32,000 bases of DNA, taken from positions 1,560,001-1,592,000 of the forward strand of contig OY776328.1 in assembly GCA_963675515.1 (NCBI GenBank). The letters are read 5' to 3'. This document shows positions 15,515-26,021 of this stretch, in pieces. Origin of the DNA: Coprobacillaceae bacterium (GTDB lineage Bacteria > Bacillota_I > Bacilli_A > Erysipelotrichales > Coprobacillaceae). The notes under the pieces were generated by a model. It was not told the DNA's origin. It saw nothing but the letters and a program-made list of their open reading frames with translations, and did no database searches. Position 1 is the stretch's first letter. Every line of letters starts with the position of its first letter. Both the position numbers and the translations under genes were made by a program.

Positions 15515-17509
15515 ATGGAAAACCACAATGAGATCGATCGCAAAACAGTCAATACAATCAGGTGCCTGGCGGCCGACATGGTCCAGAAAGCCAATTCGGG
15601 CCACCCTGGCTTGCCTTTGGGGGCGGCGCCGATGGCCTACCTGCTTTTCGACAAGGTCATGAACCATTGTGGCAGGCATCCCGACTGGATCAACCGGGAC
15701 CGTTTTGTCCTTTCCGCCGGCCATGGCTCGGCCTTGCTTTACAGTCTGCTCCATATTTACGGCTATGGTCTGACCATGGATGAACTCAAACGCTTCCGTC
15801 AGCTCGATTCCCTGACCCCGGGCCACCCCGAGTATGGCCACACTATCGGGGTTGAAGCTACAACCGGACCGCTGGGCGCGGGGATTGCCAATGGAGTAGG
15901 CATGGCCATGGCTGCCAAGCATCTGGGAGCCGTTTTCAACAGGCCAGGATTCCCGGTCATATCGAACAATATTTTTGTCCTGGCGGGTGATGGCTGTTTG
16001 ATGGAGGGAATCTCTTATGAATCTCTTTCGCTGGCAGGAACACTAAGACTCGACAATCTGACTGTACTGTACGATTCGAACCGGATATCGATCGAAGGGA
16101 GCACCGATCTGGCCTTTAGGGAAGACGTGAAGCAACGGATGGAAGCATTCGGTTTCGATGTGTTCGTGGTCGAAGACGGTGACAATCTTGAATCAATCAT
16201 GGAAGTATTGAATCTTGCCAGCCAATCTACTCGGCCCAGATTCATCGAAGTGAAGACGATCATCGCCAAAGGATGCACTGCCAAGGAAGGTCAGGCATCG
16301 GCCCATGGGGAACCGCTGGGAGTCGAAAACGTCAGGGAGCTCAAACGCAATTTCGGATTTGATGAGAACCTTGAGTTCAACGTACCTGACGGTGTCTATG
16401 TACAAGGCAGTTTGCAGGTGCTTCGCGGCGAAGAGGCTTATGGACAGTGGCACAAGTTGATAGAAAGCTACTTTGTGTCTTACCCGGAAATGGAACAGAT
16501 CTGGCAAAGCTACTTCAGTCCGGATTACCAGGGGGTACTTGACGGAATGCAAGACTACTTCGATTTCGTGGCCAAGGACGATGCGACCCGCAACATCTCG
16601 GGTAAAATCATCAACGAACTCAAGGACTTAATTCCCAACCTGATCGGGGGAGCGGCCGACCTGGCTCCATCAACCAAGACGTATCTAAGGGACAAGGGTG
16701 ATTTTTGCGAGGATGACTATCTTGCTCGAAACATCCACTTTGGAGTCCGGGAAAACGCGATGGTGGGGATCTCCAACGGGATGATGCTTTATGGTGGGGT
16801 GAAAGCTTACGTTGCCACCTTCCTGGTTTTCAGCGATTACTTCAAACCGATGGCCCGGCTTTGTTCGCTGATGCGACTGCCCTTGATCTATGTGCTTACC
16901 CACGACAGCATCGGTCTGGGCGAGGACGGCCCGACCCACCAGCCCGTCGAGCAGCTGACGATGCTTCGGGCCATGCCTAATTTCAATGTATTCAGGCCAT
17001 GCGACGAAATGGAAACCAGGGTCGGCTGGTATCTCGCATTGACATCCAAGACAACTCCGACTGCACTGGTTCTAACCCGCCAGAGCCTGCCGGCTTTGCA
17101 TGGGACATCTAAGGAGGCGCTAAAGGGCGGCTATGTGCTAGATGACTGTCAGGGAAGTCCTGAACTGATTCTGATTGCAAGCGGGTCCGAAGTGGCATTG
17201 GCCCTTGAGGCCAAGTTGCAACTGCCTCAAATGAAAATCAGGGTGGTATCGATGCCTTGTCTGGATCTGTTCATGCAACAAAGTAAAAAGTATCGAAGTG
17301 AAATACTCCCGGAAAAGGTCACAAAAAGAGTCGTGATTGAGGCCGGATCAAGGCTTAGCTGGGGTGAACTGGTCGGCTGTGAAGGCGCCTATGTGACCAT
17401 GGACGATTTTGGAGCCTCGGCTCCAGGCAAGCAGCTGTTTGAAAGATATGGGTTCACGGTCGATAATGTGCTCAAGACAATCAATAATATGTTGAGTGAA
17501 AGCGAATGA
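15515..17509 (+). CDS. tkt: Transketolase
   Basis: 664 aa from the ATG at 15515, 8 nt after AGGAGGA. Motifs SGHPGLPLGAAP, GDGCLMEG (ThDP motif) and THDSIGLGEDGPTHQP. Only 34 nt downstream of the GTPase stop. Confidence 0.95.
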   Translation: MENHNEIDRKTVNTIRCLAADMVQKANSGHPGLPLGAAPMAYLLFDKVMNHCGRHPDWINRDRFVLSAGHGSALLYSLLHIYGYGLTMDELKRFRQLDSLTPGHPEYGHTIGVEATTGPLGAGIANGVGMAMAAKHLGAVFNRPGFPVISNNIFVLAGDGCLMEGISYESLSLAGTLRLDNLTVLYDSNRISIEGSTDLAFREDVKQRMEAFGFDVFVVEDGDNLESIMEVLNLASQSTRPRFIEVKTIIAKGCTAKEGQASAHGEPLGVENVRELKRNFGFDENLEFNVPDGVYVQGSLQVLRGEEAYGQWHKLIESYFVSYPEMEQIWQSYFSPDYQGVLDGMQDYFDFVAKDDATRNISGKIINELKDLIPNLIGGAADLAPSTKTYLRDKGDFCEDDYLARNIHFGVRENAMVGISNGMMLYGGVKAYVATFLVFSDYFKPMARLCSLMRLPLIYVLTHDSIGLGEDGPTHQPVEQLTMLRAMPNFNVFRPCDEMETRVGWYLALTSKTTPTALVLTRQSLPALHGTSKEALKGGYVLDDCQGSPELILIASGSEVALALEAKLQLPQMKIRVVSMPCLDLFMQQSKKYRSEILPEKVTKRVVIEAGSRLSWGELVGCEGAYVTMDDFGASAPGKQLFERYGFTVDNVLKTINNMLSESE

Positions 17510-17649
17510 AAGTACGATTGATAACTCAAACTGGATATTGGCCCATATTTGATTGTGAGTGGGGGAATCGGGCTGCTTTGCTTCTTAGATTACCGGGATT
17601 GAATGTACTTTAGTCAATTGTTTGATCTATTGTTTGATCATAAAATGAA

Positions 17650-17688
17650 AAAACGCATCTTAACTCATTTTGAGTTCGGTGCGTTTTT
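17650..17688. terminator. Rho-independent terminator between convergent tkt and the ATPase gene
   Basis: AAAACGCA..AACTCA / TGAGTT..TGCGTTTT: an 8-bp plus 6-bp stem with an internal loop. T5 downstream and an A-run upstream. Confidence 0.65.
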
Positions 17689-17731
17689 GATTTGTTCATG
17701 AATCCATTTATGGGAAATAGCTTAACTGCTT

Positions 17732-18937
17732 TTAGTTGGCTGTTAAAAAATCGATTATATTGATCACCTTGATACCCGAGTAATCGGTGAACACTGCCCG
17801 GTCCATTGTGAGCAGGTATTTGGGATAATTGTCTGTTATGGCTTCAAGTGAGCGCAGCTCGCGGTCCCTGGTTGTTTTGTCCATGATTGTGGCTGATACC
17901 TGATAATAAATCTTCTCATCGGATTTGGTCGCGACAAAATCGACTTCCAATGCTCCGATTTTGCCGATAGTGACATTGTATCCCCGCCGTAACAGTTCCA
18001 AAAATACGATGTTTTCCAAAATGTGTCCGTAATCGGTATCACCTAGACCTGTAAGGTGATTCCGGATGCCGATGTCGGCAATATAGTATTTTTCAAGAGT
18101 CTTTAAAAACATTTTCCCTTTCAAGTCGTAGCGGTTTGCTTTGTAGATGATGAATGCGTTTTCGAGCATCTTCAGGTAATTGTCGATGGTTTCGCTTGAA
18201 GTTTTGCGGCCACTGCTGGTCAGGTAATCGCTGATTTTTTTGGTCGAGACAACGTTCCCAATATTGGCGGCGATGAATTTGAGGATGCTTTCGAGAAGTG
18301 CCCCATCACGGACTCTATTTCTTTCAATGACGTCTTTCATCAGCACTGTATTATATATTCCCTCAAGAAATGGACCGATCGTATCAGGAAAATCCATCAA
18401 TTCAACTACGGTTGGAAGACCACCGTATCTTAGATATTGATTGAATGCGTTATCCAGGTTGCCTATCCTGTCATGTTCGATAAAATCCAGATACTCCAAA
18501 AACGACAGTGGTTGCATCTTGATTTCAACATAGCGGCCTGAAAGTAAGGTTGAAAGCTCGGACGAAAGCAAATAGGCGTTCGAACCGGTTATGTAAATAT
18601 CGACTTTGGCGTCGACAAAAAAGGAATTGATGACTTTCTCCCATGAGTTCACTTGTTGTACTTCATCAAGCAGAATGTAATGCATTTGATTTTTATCTAT
18701 TATCCGTTCGTTCAGGTATCTATGAAGCATCCTGTAGTCTGTGATTTCATCGAAGTCAAATGATTCAAAGTTCATTCGAATAATATGGCTGTTTGGTACA
18801 CCACATGTTAAAAGATGATTTTCAAAAAGAGTCATCAAAGATGATTTTCCACAGCGCCGCAGACCGGTAATCACTTTTATCAGTTTCTTGTCTTTGTATT
18901 TGATCAGCTGGTTAAGGTATAAGTCTCTATTTTTCAT
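17732..18937 (-). CDS. AAA-type ATPase with DUF4143-like C-terminus (COG1373 type)
   Basis: 401 aa. AAGGAGA lies before the ATG. Walker A GLRRCGKSS and Walker B ILLDEVQ. The C-terminal part (LENIVFLELLRRGY...EVDFV) is as in AAA_14/DUF4143 proteins. Confidence 0.8.
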   Translation of the reverse strand: MKNRDLYLNQLIKYKDKKLIKVITGLRRCGKSSLMTLFENHLLTCGVPNSHIIRMNFESFDFDEITDYRMLHRYLNERIIDKNQMHYILLDEVQQVNSWEKVINSFFVDAKVDIYITGSNAYLLSSELSTLLSGRYVEIKMQPLSFLEYLDFIEHDRIGNLDNAFNQYLRYGGLPTVVELMDFPDTIGPFLEGIYNTVLMKDVIERNRVRDGALLESILKFIAANIGNVVSTKKISDYLTSSGRKTSSETIDNYLKMLENAFIIYKANRYDLKGKMFLKTLEKYYIADIGIRNHLTGLGDTDYGHILENIVFLELLRRGYNVTIGKIGALEVDFVATKSDEKIYYQVSATIMDKTTRDRELRSLEAITDNYPKYLLTMDRAVFTDYSGIKVINIIDFLTAN

Positions 18938-19222
18938 ATCTATCTCCTTTGTAATATTATAGTTGATATATTATAAATATTCAATAGTTTTACGGCTATA
19001 CCTTAAAAACTTTTAATTTTTGCTTTGTTTTCTGGTTATGTTTTTGAATGCGTTATGAACAAAAAATTATGGATTTTCCATTTTGGGGATGTTATTGGTC
19101 CTGACTTGCCTTAAAATAGCGGTGCATAAGCCGAAGGTAAAAGCGAACTTAAATTTACTTTTAATATTGACATTAAATTGATTAATTACCGAGTATGCTA
19201 CAATCTAATGGGAGGTGGCATT

Positions 19223-19498
19223 ATGATTGCACAATTTGAAGAAATGTTTTTGTCATTGACTGAGTTCCGGAAAAATATGTCCGAAACTCTTGATACTTTG
19301 ATGCAACCGCGAATACTGATGAGCAGGGACAAACCAAAAGCGGTTATTGTCCCATATGAAACTTTCAAAGCGATGGAAGTCGCTCTTGATGAACATTTGG
19401 ATGAAGTTCTTGGACAAGTTGCCGCTAAAAGAATCAATGACCCTGAATCCAACTATATCGCTCACGAAGATTTTTGGTCAGATTTAGGGGTTGACTGA
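19223..19498 (+). CDS. Phd/YefM-family type II antitoxin
   Basis: 91 aa from the ATG at 19223 after GGGAGGTGG. SLTEFRKNMSETLD...KPKAVIVPYETFKAME. Its stop overlaps the ATG of the toxin remnant (TGATG). Confidence 0.8.
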   Translation: MIAQFEEMFLSLTEFRKNMSETLDTLMQPRILMSRDKPKAVIVPYETFKAMEVALDEHLDEVLGQVAAKRINDPESNYIAHEDFWSDLGVD

Positions 19499-19911
19499 TG
19501 ACTCTGGAAATCGTTTACCACGAACAAGTAAAACGGAATCTCATATTTTTAACATCTCTTCAAGTCCATTATAACACAATCTATATAAACGTATTATGAA
19601 ACCCAGGATAATACCATATCTCCTACTTTTATAATACAAAAAAGGACATCCAAAAGTTAAAGTTTAGTAAGAAGCAGTTAAAAAAGCTGAAGGAAAAAAT
19701 TGGATATATTTCATCAAATCCCTATCCAAAAAAACTTGGGAGTTTGGGAGAACCACTCAGCGGAGATTTGAATGGATTTTTGAAGTTTCGTTTTGATAAC
19801 GACTACCGAATTGTTTATCAATTGGTTGAACATGACAATGTGATGAAAATTATTGTAATTGGATTAAGAAGTGATAAGCTCGTGTATAGTACTGCGAAAA
19901 AAAGAATCTGA
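19498..19911 (+). pseudogene. RelE/StbE-family toxin gene interrupted by an in-frame 108-nt AT-rich insert
   Basis: N-terminal part MTLEIVYHEQVK(R) at 19498-19536. C-terminal part (K)KDIQKLKFSKKQLKKLKEKIGYISSNPYP...GDLNGFLKFRFDNDYRIVYQLVEHDNVMKIIVIGLRSDKLVY at 19639-19911, in the same frame. The intervening sequence carries TGA (19597) and TAA (19609). Confidence 0.7.
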
Positions 19912-19948
19912 AAAAACTTGATAAAACATCGGAAATTCCGATAAAAAA

Positions 19949-19991
19949 CACCAATATAAGACGCTACGAAGGGGTCTTATATTGGTGTTTT
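19949..19991. terminator. Bidirectional rho-independent terminator (relE remnant / lacI-type gene)
   Basis: Perfect 14-bp stem CACCAATATAAGAC / GTCTTATATTGGTG with an 11-nt loop. A6 upstream and T4 downstream. Confidence 0.8.
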
Positions 19992-20044
19992 ATGACTTTC
20001 GTGTTTTTTTAAGATATCAAAAGTGTGCCTTGGGTTATGTAATT

Positions 20045-21055
20045 TCAGGTCGATTCCCTTTCAATCACGTGGGTGGCGATCTCGATCTCGCTCACGGCCG
20101 GGATCTTGTGGTCGATAAGGTCCATCAGGATCGTTGCCGCATTGGTCGCAAGCAGTTCGGGCGAACGGGAAACGGTCGACAGCGAAGGGTTGGTGATCCG
20201 TGACTGGAGCGAGTTGTCGAATCCGATGATTTTTACCTGGCCGGGTACTTCCAAGTCATGGCGCTTGATTGCATAAAGGGCACCGACGGCGGCGGAATCG
20301 TTGGAACAGACAATGCCGTCGATTACACCTCCGTTTTCAATGTATTTGCCCACCAGGACCTCTCCCTGGATCAGGGAAGAGTCGTGGGGATTGCCCTTGA
20401 GAATGATCTCGGGTTTTGCAACCATGTCATTCCGGTTCAGGGTGTCCTTGAAGGCGTCAACCCGGCTCCGGGTGTCGGTGTGGGGGACATTGGAGTCGAT
20501 ATAAACCAGATTCCTGCAGCCCTTGTCGATAAGCAGCTGGGTCGAATCGCAGATGCCCTGATAGTCGTTGCTCTTGATTTTTGGCAGGTTCATCTCATTG
20601 GCCGGGGTCCTGTCGAGACAGACAAGCGGGGTGTTCTTCCGGACCAGGTTTTGCGTGATGCTGGCCAGACAGGAAATCACGATGATCCCGTCGACCGCCT
20701 GGCTCTGGAGCCGCTTGAAGTAATCCTTCTCTTTTTCCGGCTGGTTCGAGGTGTTGCAGATGAATACCGAGTAATCCTGCTCGTAAAAGTACTCCTCGAT
20801 GAACCGGGCCAGCGTTGCGAAAAACTCATTCTGGATATTGGGAATGATCAGTCCGACTGTTCCTGATTTGAGTGTCCGGATGCTTTTGGCGGCCTTGTTG
20901 GAAACATAATTGTAATCAGCCACGATCTTGAGCACCTTTTCTTCGGTTTCCTTTGAATAGCGGCCCTTTTTATTGAGAATGCGCGAAACGCTCGCCGTCG
21001 ATATGCCAGCCATTTTAGCGATGTCTTTGATTGAAATATTATGATTGTTATCCAT
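20045..21055 (-). CDS. LacI/GalR-family transcriptional regulator
   Basis: 336 aa from the ATG at 21055 after AAGGAGA. N-terminal HTH ISIKDIAKMAGISTASVSRILN. Periplasmic-binding-protein-like sugar-binding core. Divergent from the PTS operon. Confidence 0.9.
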   Translation of the reverse strand: MDNNHNISIKDIAKMAGISTASVSRILNKKGRYSKETEEKVLKIVADYNYVSNKAAKSIRTLKSGTVGLIIPNIQNEFFATLARFIEEYFYEQDYSVFICNTSNQPEKEKDYFKRLQSQAVDGIIVISCLASITQNLVRKNTPLVCLDRTPANEMNLPKIKSNDYQGICDSTQLLIDKGCRNLVYIDSNVPHTDTRSRVDAFKDTLNRNDMVAKPEIILKGNPHDSSLIQGEVLVGKYIENGGVIDGIVCSNDSAAVGALYAIKRHDLEVPGQVKIIGFDNSLQSRITNPSLSTVSRSPELLATNAATILMDLIDHKIPAVSEIEIATHVIEREST

Positions 21056-21153
21056 GTGTATCTCCTTGATTACATCAATTATATCGTAAATCCCCAAAAA
21101 TTAAAGGCCGGAATAACACATTTATGAAATATTGAAAAATTTCAATTTCACCG

Positions 21154-22639
<1,486 letters not shown>

Positions 22640-22667
22640 ATTTTACAATAATTGAAGGAGTAATAAT

Positions 22668-23603
22668 ATGCGAGATACAACCAGGCTGATCAGTGCCTCG
22701 AAAACTGAAATAAATAAAATGAGCCCGATGGATTTGAAAGATTCGATTTTCAAATCCGAGGGGCGTGTTGTTATGGGACAACATCTTCTTTTTGCGGGCG
22801 AAGGGCTGGTAAGGGATGTGACCAACACCGAAGTCATGTTTTCGTTCGGGGCGGACATGGTCATGCTCAATACGATTGATCTTGATGATGAGGACAACAA
22901 TCCGGGTCTTTGCGGCCTTTCATTCCAGGAATTGCGCCAACGCTGCAACCGGCCAATCGGAGTATATCTGGGCTGTCCCAAAGAAGAATTGGCAGACACT
23001 GGCAAGAAGCAGTTGTATCGTCGTGAAGGAATGCTTTGCACGGAAGAACATGTCGAAAAATGCGTCGAAATGGGGGTAGATTTCATCGTCCTTGGCGGCA
23101 ATCCCGGCAGTGGAACATCAATCGATGATGTCATTGCCTGTACGCGATGGGTCAAGGAAAAATACGGTGACAAGATCCTGCTTTTCGCTGGAAAATGGGA
23201 AGACGGGATCACTGAAAAGGTCCTTGGCGACCCATTGGCCAAACGCGATGCCAAAGAAATCATCAAGGAGCTTATTGATGCAGGAGCGGATGTCATCGAC
23301 TTGCCTGCCCCGGGATCACGCCATGGGATTTCGGTAAGGATGATCCGGGAGTTGGTTGAATATGTCCACAGCTACAAACCAGGTACGCTGGCCATGACAT
23401 TCCTTAACAGCTCGGTCGAAGGTGCCGATCCCGATACGGTCCGCCTGATTGCATTGAAAATGAAAGAAACCGGAGCCGACATCCATGCCATCGGTGATGG
23501 CGGATTTGCGGGCTGCACTGCACCGGAAAACATCCACCAGCTAAGCATTTCGCTAAAGGGAAAACCTTACACTTACTTTAGAATGGCCAGCGTCAACCGC
23601 TAG
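22668..23603 (+). CDS. Conserved hypothetical protein, probably an alpha/beta-barrel enzyme (possibly the DUF7916-type family seen in PTS operons)
   Basis: 311 aa. AAGGAG lies before the ATG. Alternating beta-alpha-like pattern (GADMVMLNT, VDFIVLGGNPG, ILLFAGKWE, GADVIDLPAPG, GADIHAIGDGG). The family name is from memory only. Confidence 0.5.
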   Translation: MRDTTRLISASKTEINKMSPMDLKDSIFKSEGRVVMGQHLLFAGEGLVRDVTNTEVMFSFGADMVMLNTIDLDDEDNNPGLCGLSFQELRQRCNRPIGVYLGCPKEELADTGKKQLYRREGMLCTEEHVEKCVEMGVDFIVLGGNPGSGTSIDDVIACTRWVKEKYGDKILLFAGKWEDGITEKVLGDPLAKRDAKEIIKELIDAGADVIDLPAPGSRHGISVRMIRELVEYVHSYKPGTLAMTFLNSSVEGADPDTVRLIALKMKETGADIHAIGDGGFAGCTAPENIHQLSISLKGKPYTYFRMASVNR

Positions 23604-23614
23604 GAGGGATGAAG

Positions 23615-24109
23615 ATGTTTTTCAAGAAGAAAAAGGAACTCAAAATTGACCAGACTAGTCCCCATATCCTTTCGAATCCGGTAGCCGGAGAAGCGATCGA
23701 GCTGGACAAGGTCAATGATGAAGTATTCAAAAGTGAAATGATGGGCAAAGGAGTTGCGATAATCCCCCAGGACAATGCCATCTACTCCCCAATTGCCGGT
23801 GAGGTGGTGATGGTCTTTCCAACCAAACATGCCTATGGCATCAAAAGCGATGAAGGAATCGAATTGCTTATCCACATCGGACTGGATACCGTGTCTTTGG
23901 ATGGAAATGGTTTTACAAGCAAGATTGTTCAGGGAGCCAAAGTCAAGCGGGGCGAACAGCTGGCCAAGGTGGACTTTGATTTCATCAAGAAACAAGGACT
24001 GGACCCCACAGTCATCATGGTTGTCACCAACACTAAAGACTACCTGAATATAAAAGCGATGACCGGATCCTTGGCTGCTGGAGCTGATATCCTGGTTGTC
24101 GACAAATAG
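23615..24109 (+). CDS. PTS EIIA component, glucose family
   Basis: ATG at 23615 lies 6 nt after AGGAGGG. FPTKHAYGI and LIHIGLDTV contain the two conserved His residues of EIIA-Glc. Confidence 0.9.
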   Translation: MFFKKKKELKIDQTSPHILSNPVAGEAIELDKVNDEVFKSEMMGKGVAIIPQDNAIYSPIAGEVVMVFPTKHAYGIKSDEGIELLIHIGLDTVSLDGNGFTSKIVQGAKVKRGEQLAKVDFDFIKKQGLDPTVIMVVTNTKDYLNIKAMTGSLAAGADILVVDK

Positions 24110-24130
24110 AAAAGATTTAAGGAGTACAAT

Positions 24131-24787
24131 ATGGAAAAATTAATATGCCCATCAATGATGTGTGCCAATTACGATTCCCTCAAGGAAGAGGTGATCAGAC
24201 TCGATGAGGCCGGAAGCGATATCTTCCATATCGATATCATGGACGGCTCATTCGTCCCGAATTTCGGAATGGGAACACAGGATGTCGAATGCATCCGCAA
24301 GAACACAAACAAGCTGATCGATGTCCATCTGATGATCAAGGATCCGGGAAACTATGTCGACCTGTTTGCATCGCTGGGAGCTGACATCATCTATATCCAT
24401 CCCGAAGCTGATCTTCATCCGGCCCGGACCCTGGCTAAAATCAAGGACAGCGGGTCTAAGTGTGGCATCGCCATCAATCCCGGGACTTCGCTGGAATCCG
24501 TAAGTGAGCTGTTGAACCTGGCCGATTACCTGATGATCATGACGGTGAATCCCGGATTTGCCGGACAGAAGTATCTCGACTATGTCGATGCAAAGATCGC
24601 CAAGGCAATCGAAACACAAGATATATATGGATATAAGATCGTGGTCGATGGTGCCATCTCGCCCCAAAAGATTGATCAGCTGGCGAAAATTGGTGTTTCG
24701 GGATTTGTCCTGGGCACATCGGCCCTGTTCAAAAAAGATGAACCTTATGATGTAATAATTGACAGACTTAAAGGAGTGAATCAATAA
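24131..24787 (+). CDS. Ribulose-phosphate 3-epimerase family enzyme, AlsE-like (allulose-6-P 3-epimerase type)
   Basis: PSMMCAN N-terminus, FHIDIMDGSFVPN, DVHLM, MTVNPGFAGQ, VDGAIS. AAGGAG RBS. Confidence 0.85.
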   Translation: MEKLICPSMMCANYDSLKEEVIRLDEAGSDIFHIDIMDGSFVPNFGMGTQDVECIRKNTNKLIDVHLMIKDPGNYVDLFASLGADIIYIHPEADLHPARTLAKIKDSGSKCGIAINPGTSLESVSELLNLADYLMIMTVNPGFAGQKYLDYVDAKIAKAIETQDIYGYKIVVDGAISPQKIDQLAKIGVSGFVLGTSALFKKDEPYDVIIDRLKGVNQ

Positions 24788-25236
24788 TGAAAATCGGAAT
24801 CGGCAATGACCATGTTGCCTATCAAATGAAATGTGAAATCAAAGATTATCTGGAATCATTGGGCCATGAAGTCGTCGACTTCGGTCACGACAATGAAGAG
24901 AGAACCGACTACCCCATCTATGCCAACAAGGTGGCCAAGGCGGTACTCGCCCATGAAGTCGACCAGGGAATCCTGATCTGCGGGACCGGTGTGGGAATCT
25001 CGATTGCAGCCAACAAGATCCATGGCATCAGGGCGATTGTCTGCTCCGAGCCATACTCGGCGATGCTTTCAAAACAGCACAACAATACGAATATCCTGGC
25101 ATTCGGTGCTCGGGTCGTGGGTATCGAACTGGCCAAGATGATTGTCGACAGCTGGCTAAATGCTTCATACGAAGGTGACCGCCACCAACGGCGCCTGGAC
25201 CAGATCTCCAAGCTTGAAAGCAATCAGGATCTATGA
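24787..25236 (+). CDS. rpiB: RpiB/LacA/LacB-family sugar-phosphate isomerase
   Basis: MKIGIGNDHVAY..., ILICGTGVGISIAANKIHGIRA. Start overlaps the preceding stop (TAATG). Confidence 0.9.
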   Translation: MKIGIGNDHVAYQMKCEIKDYLESLGHEVVDFGHDNEERTDYPIYANKVAKAVLAHEVDQGILICGTGVGISIAANKIHGIRAIVCSEPYSAMLSKQHNNTNILAFGARVVGIELAKMIVDSWLNASYEGDRHQRRLDQISKLESNQDL

Positions 25237-25895
25237 GTTACGAACTATTCGATCATCTGCTCAACTTCAACCAGCCGATGCCGATCCATCTGGTTGAGTC
25301 CCGGAAATTCCGAGCCTATGGCAAACTCCATCAAAACCTGGAATCCGCTGAATTGCTTGAAGACTTCCCAATGGAACCGTTCATTCCGGATTCTGGCAAC
25401 TTCTATCAACCAAGCGATGCGGCCATGGAGTCGTTAGGAGTCGTCAAAGAGATTGCAGCAAACATCTATGGCGGTCTGGAAATCCAGGCCGGACCGTGCT
25501 GTGGTTACAATACCTTGTTGACCGGATTGGAGTACCATCAGGGCAGCGAAGTTATCATCGCACTTACCGACTGTGTGTTGTTTTTAGGTAAAGTGCAGGA
25601 TATGCAAAGATGTGACTACGATGGCAAACTGGCCGAGGCTTTCTTTATCAAGAAAGGTCAGGTCGTCGAGCTTTATGGTACTACTTTGCATTACACACCA
25701 TGCCGGGTAGATGATAATCCCTTTGTCACCGTTGTCATCCTGCTCAAAGGCACCAATGCTCCGTTTGGCGGTTCGTCAAGCCAATTGCTTACCAAGAAAA
25801 ACAAGTTCTTCATCACCCACCAGTCACAAAAAGAAAAAGTGGCTCAGGGATGTTATCCCGGGCTCGCAGGGGATTTAAGAGAACTGAAAATATAA
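25233..25895 (+). CDS. Conserved hypothetical protein, cupin-like (possibly DUF4867 family)
   Basis: 220 aa. ATGA overlap with the rpiB stop. GLEYHQGSEVIIAL...GQVVELYGTTLHYTPC suggests a beta-barrel/cupin-like core. The family name is from memory only. Confidence 0.45.
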   Translation: MSYELFDHLLNFNQPMPIHLVESRKFRAYGKLHQNLESAELLEDFPMEPFIPDSGNFYQPSDAAMESLGVVKEIAANIYGGLEIQAGPCCGYNTLLTGLEYHQGSEVIIALTDCVLFLGKVQDMQRCDYDGKLAEAFFIKKGQVVELYGTTLHYTPCRVDDNPFVTVVILLKGTNAPFGGSSSQLLTKKNKFFITHQSQKEKVAQGCYPGLAGDLRELKI

Positions 25896-25977
25896 TATAT
25901 TGGTATAGATTTCCGGCCTTTTTAGTTCATAAGTTGCCATATTCACTCGAAAACATTTGAACCGCCCATTTCTAAAA

Positions 25978-26021
25978 AATGCCTTTGCCTGCTCGAATGA
26001 TCGAAGGGCAAGGCATTTTTG
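25978..26021 (+). terminator. Rho-independent terminator of the PTS operon
   Basis: AATGCC(T)TTGCC / GGCAAGGCATT: an 11-bp stem with one bulge, followed by T5. An A-run precedes it. Confidence 0.65.
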
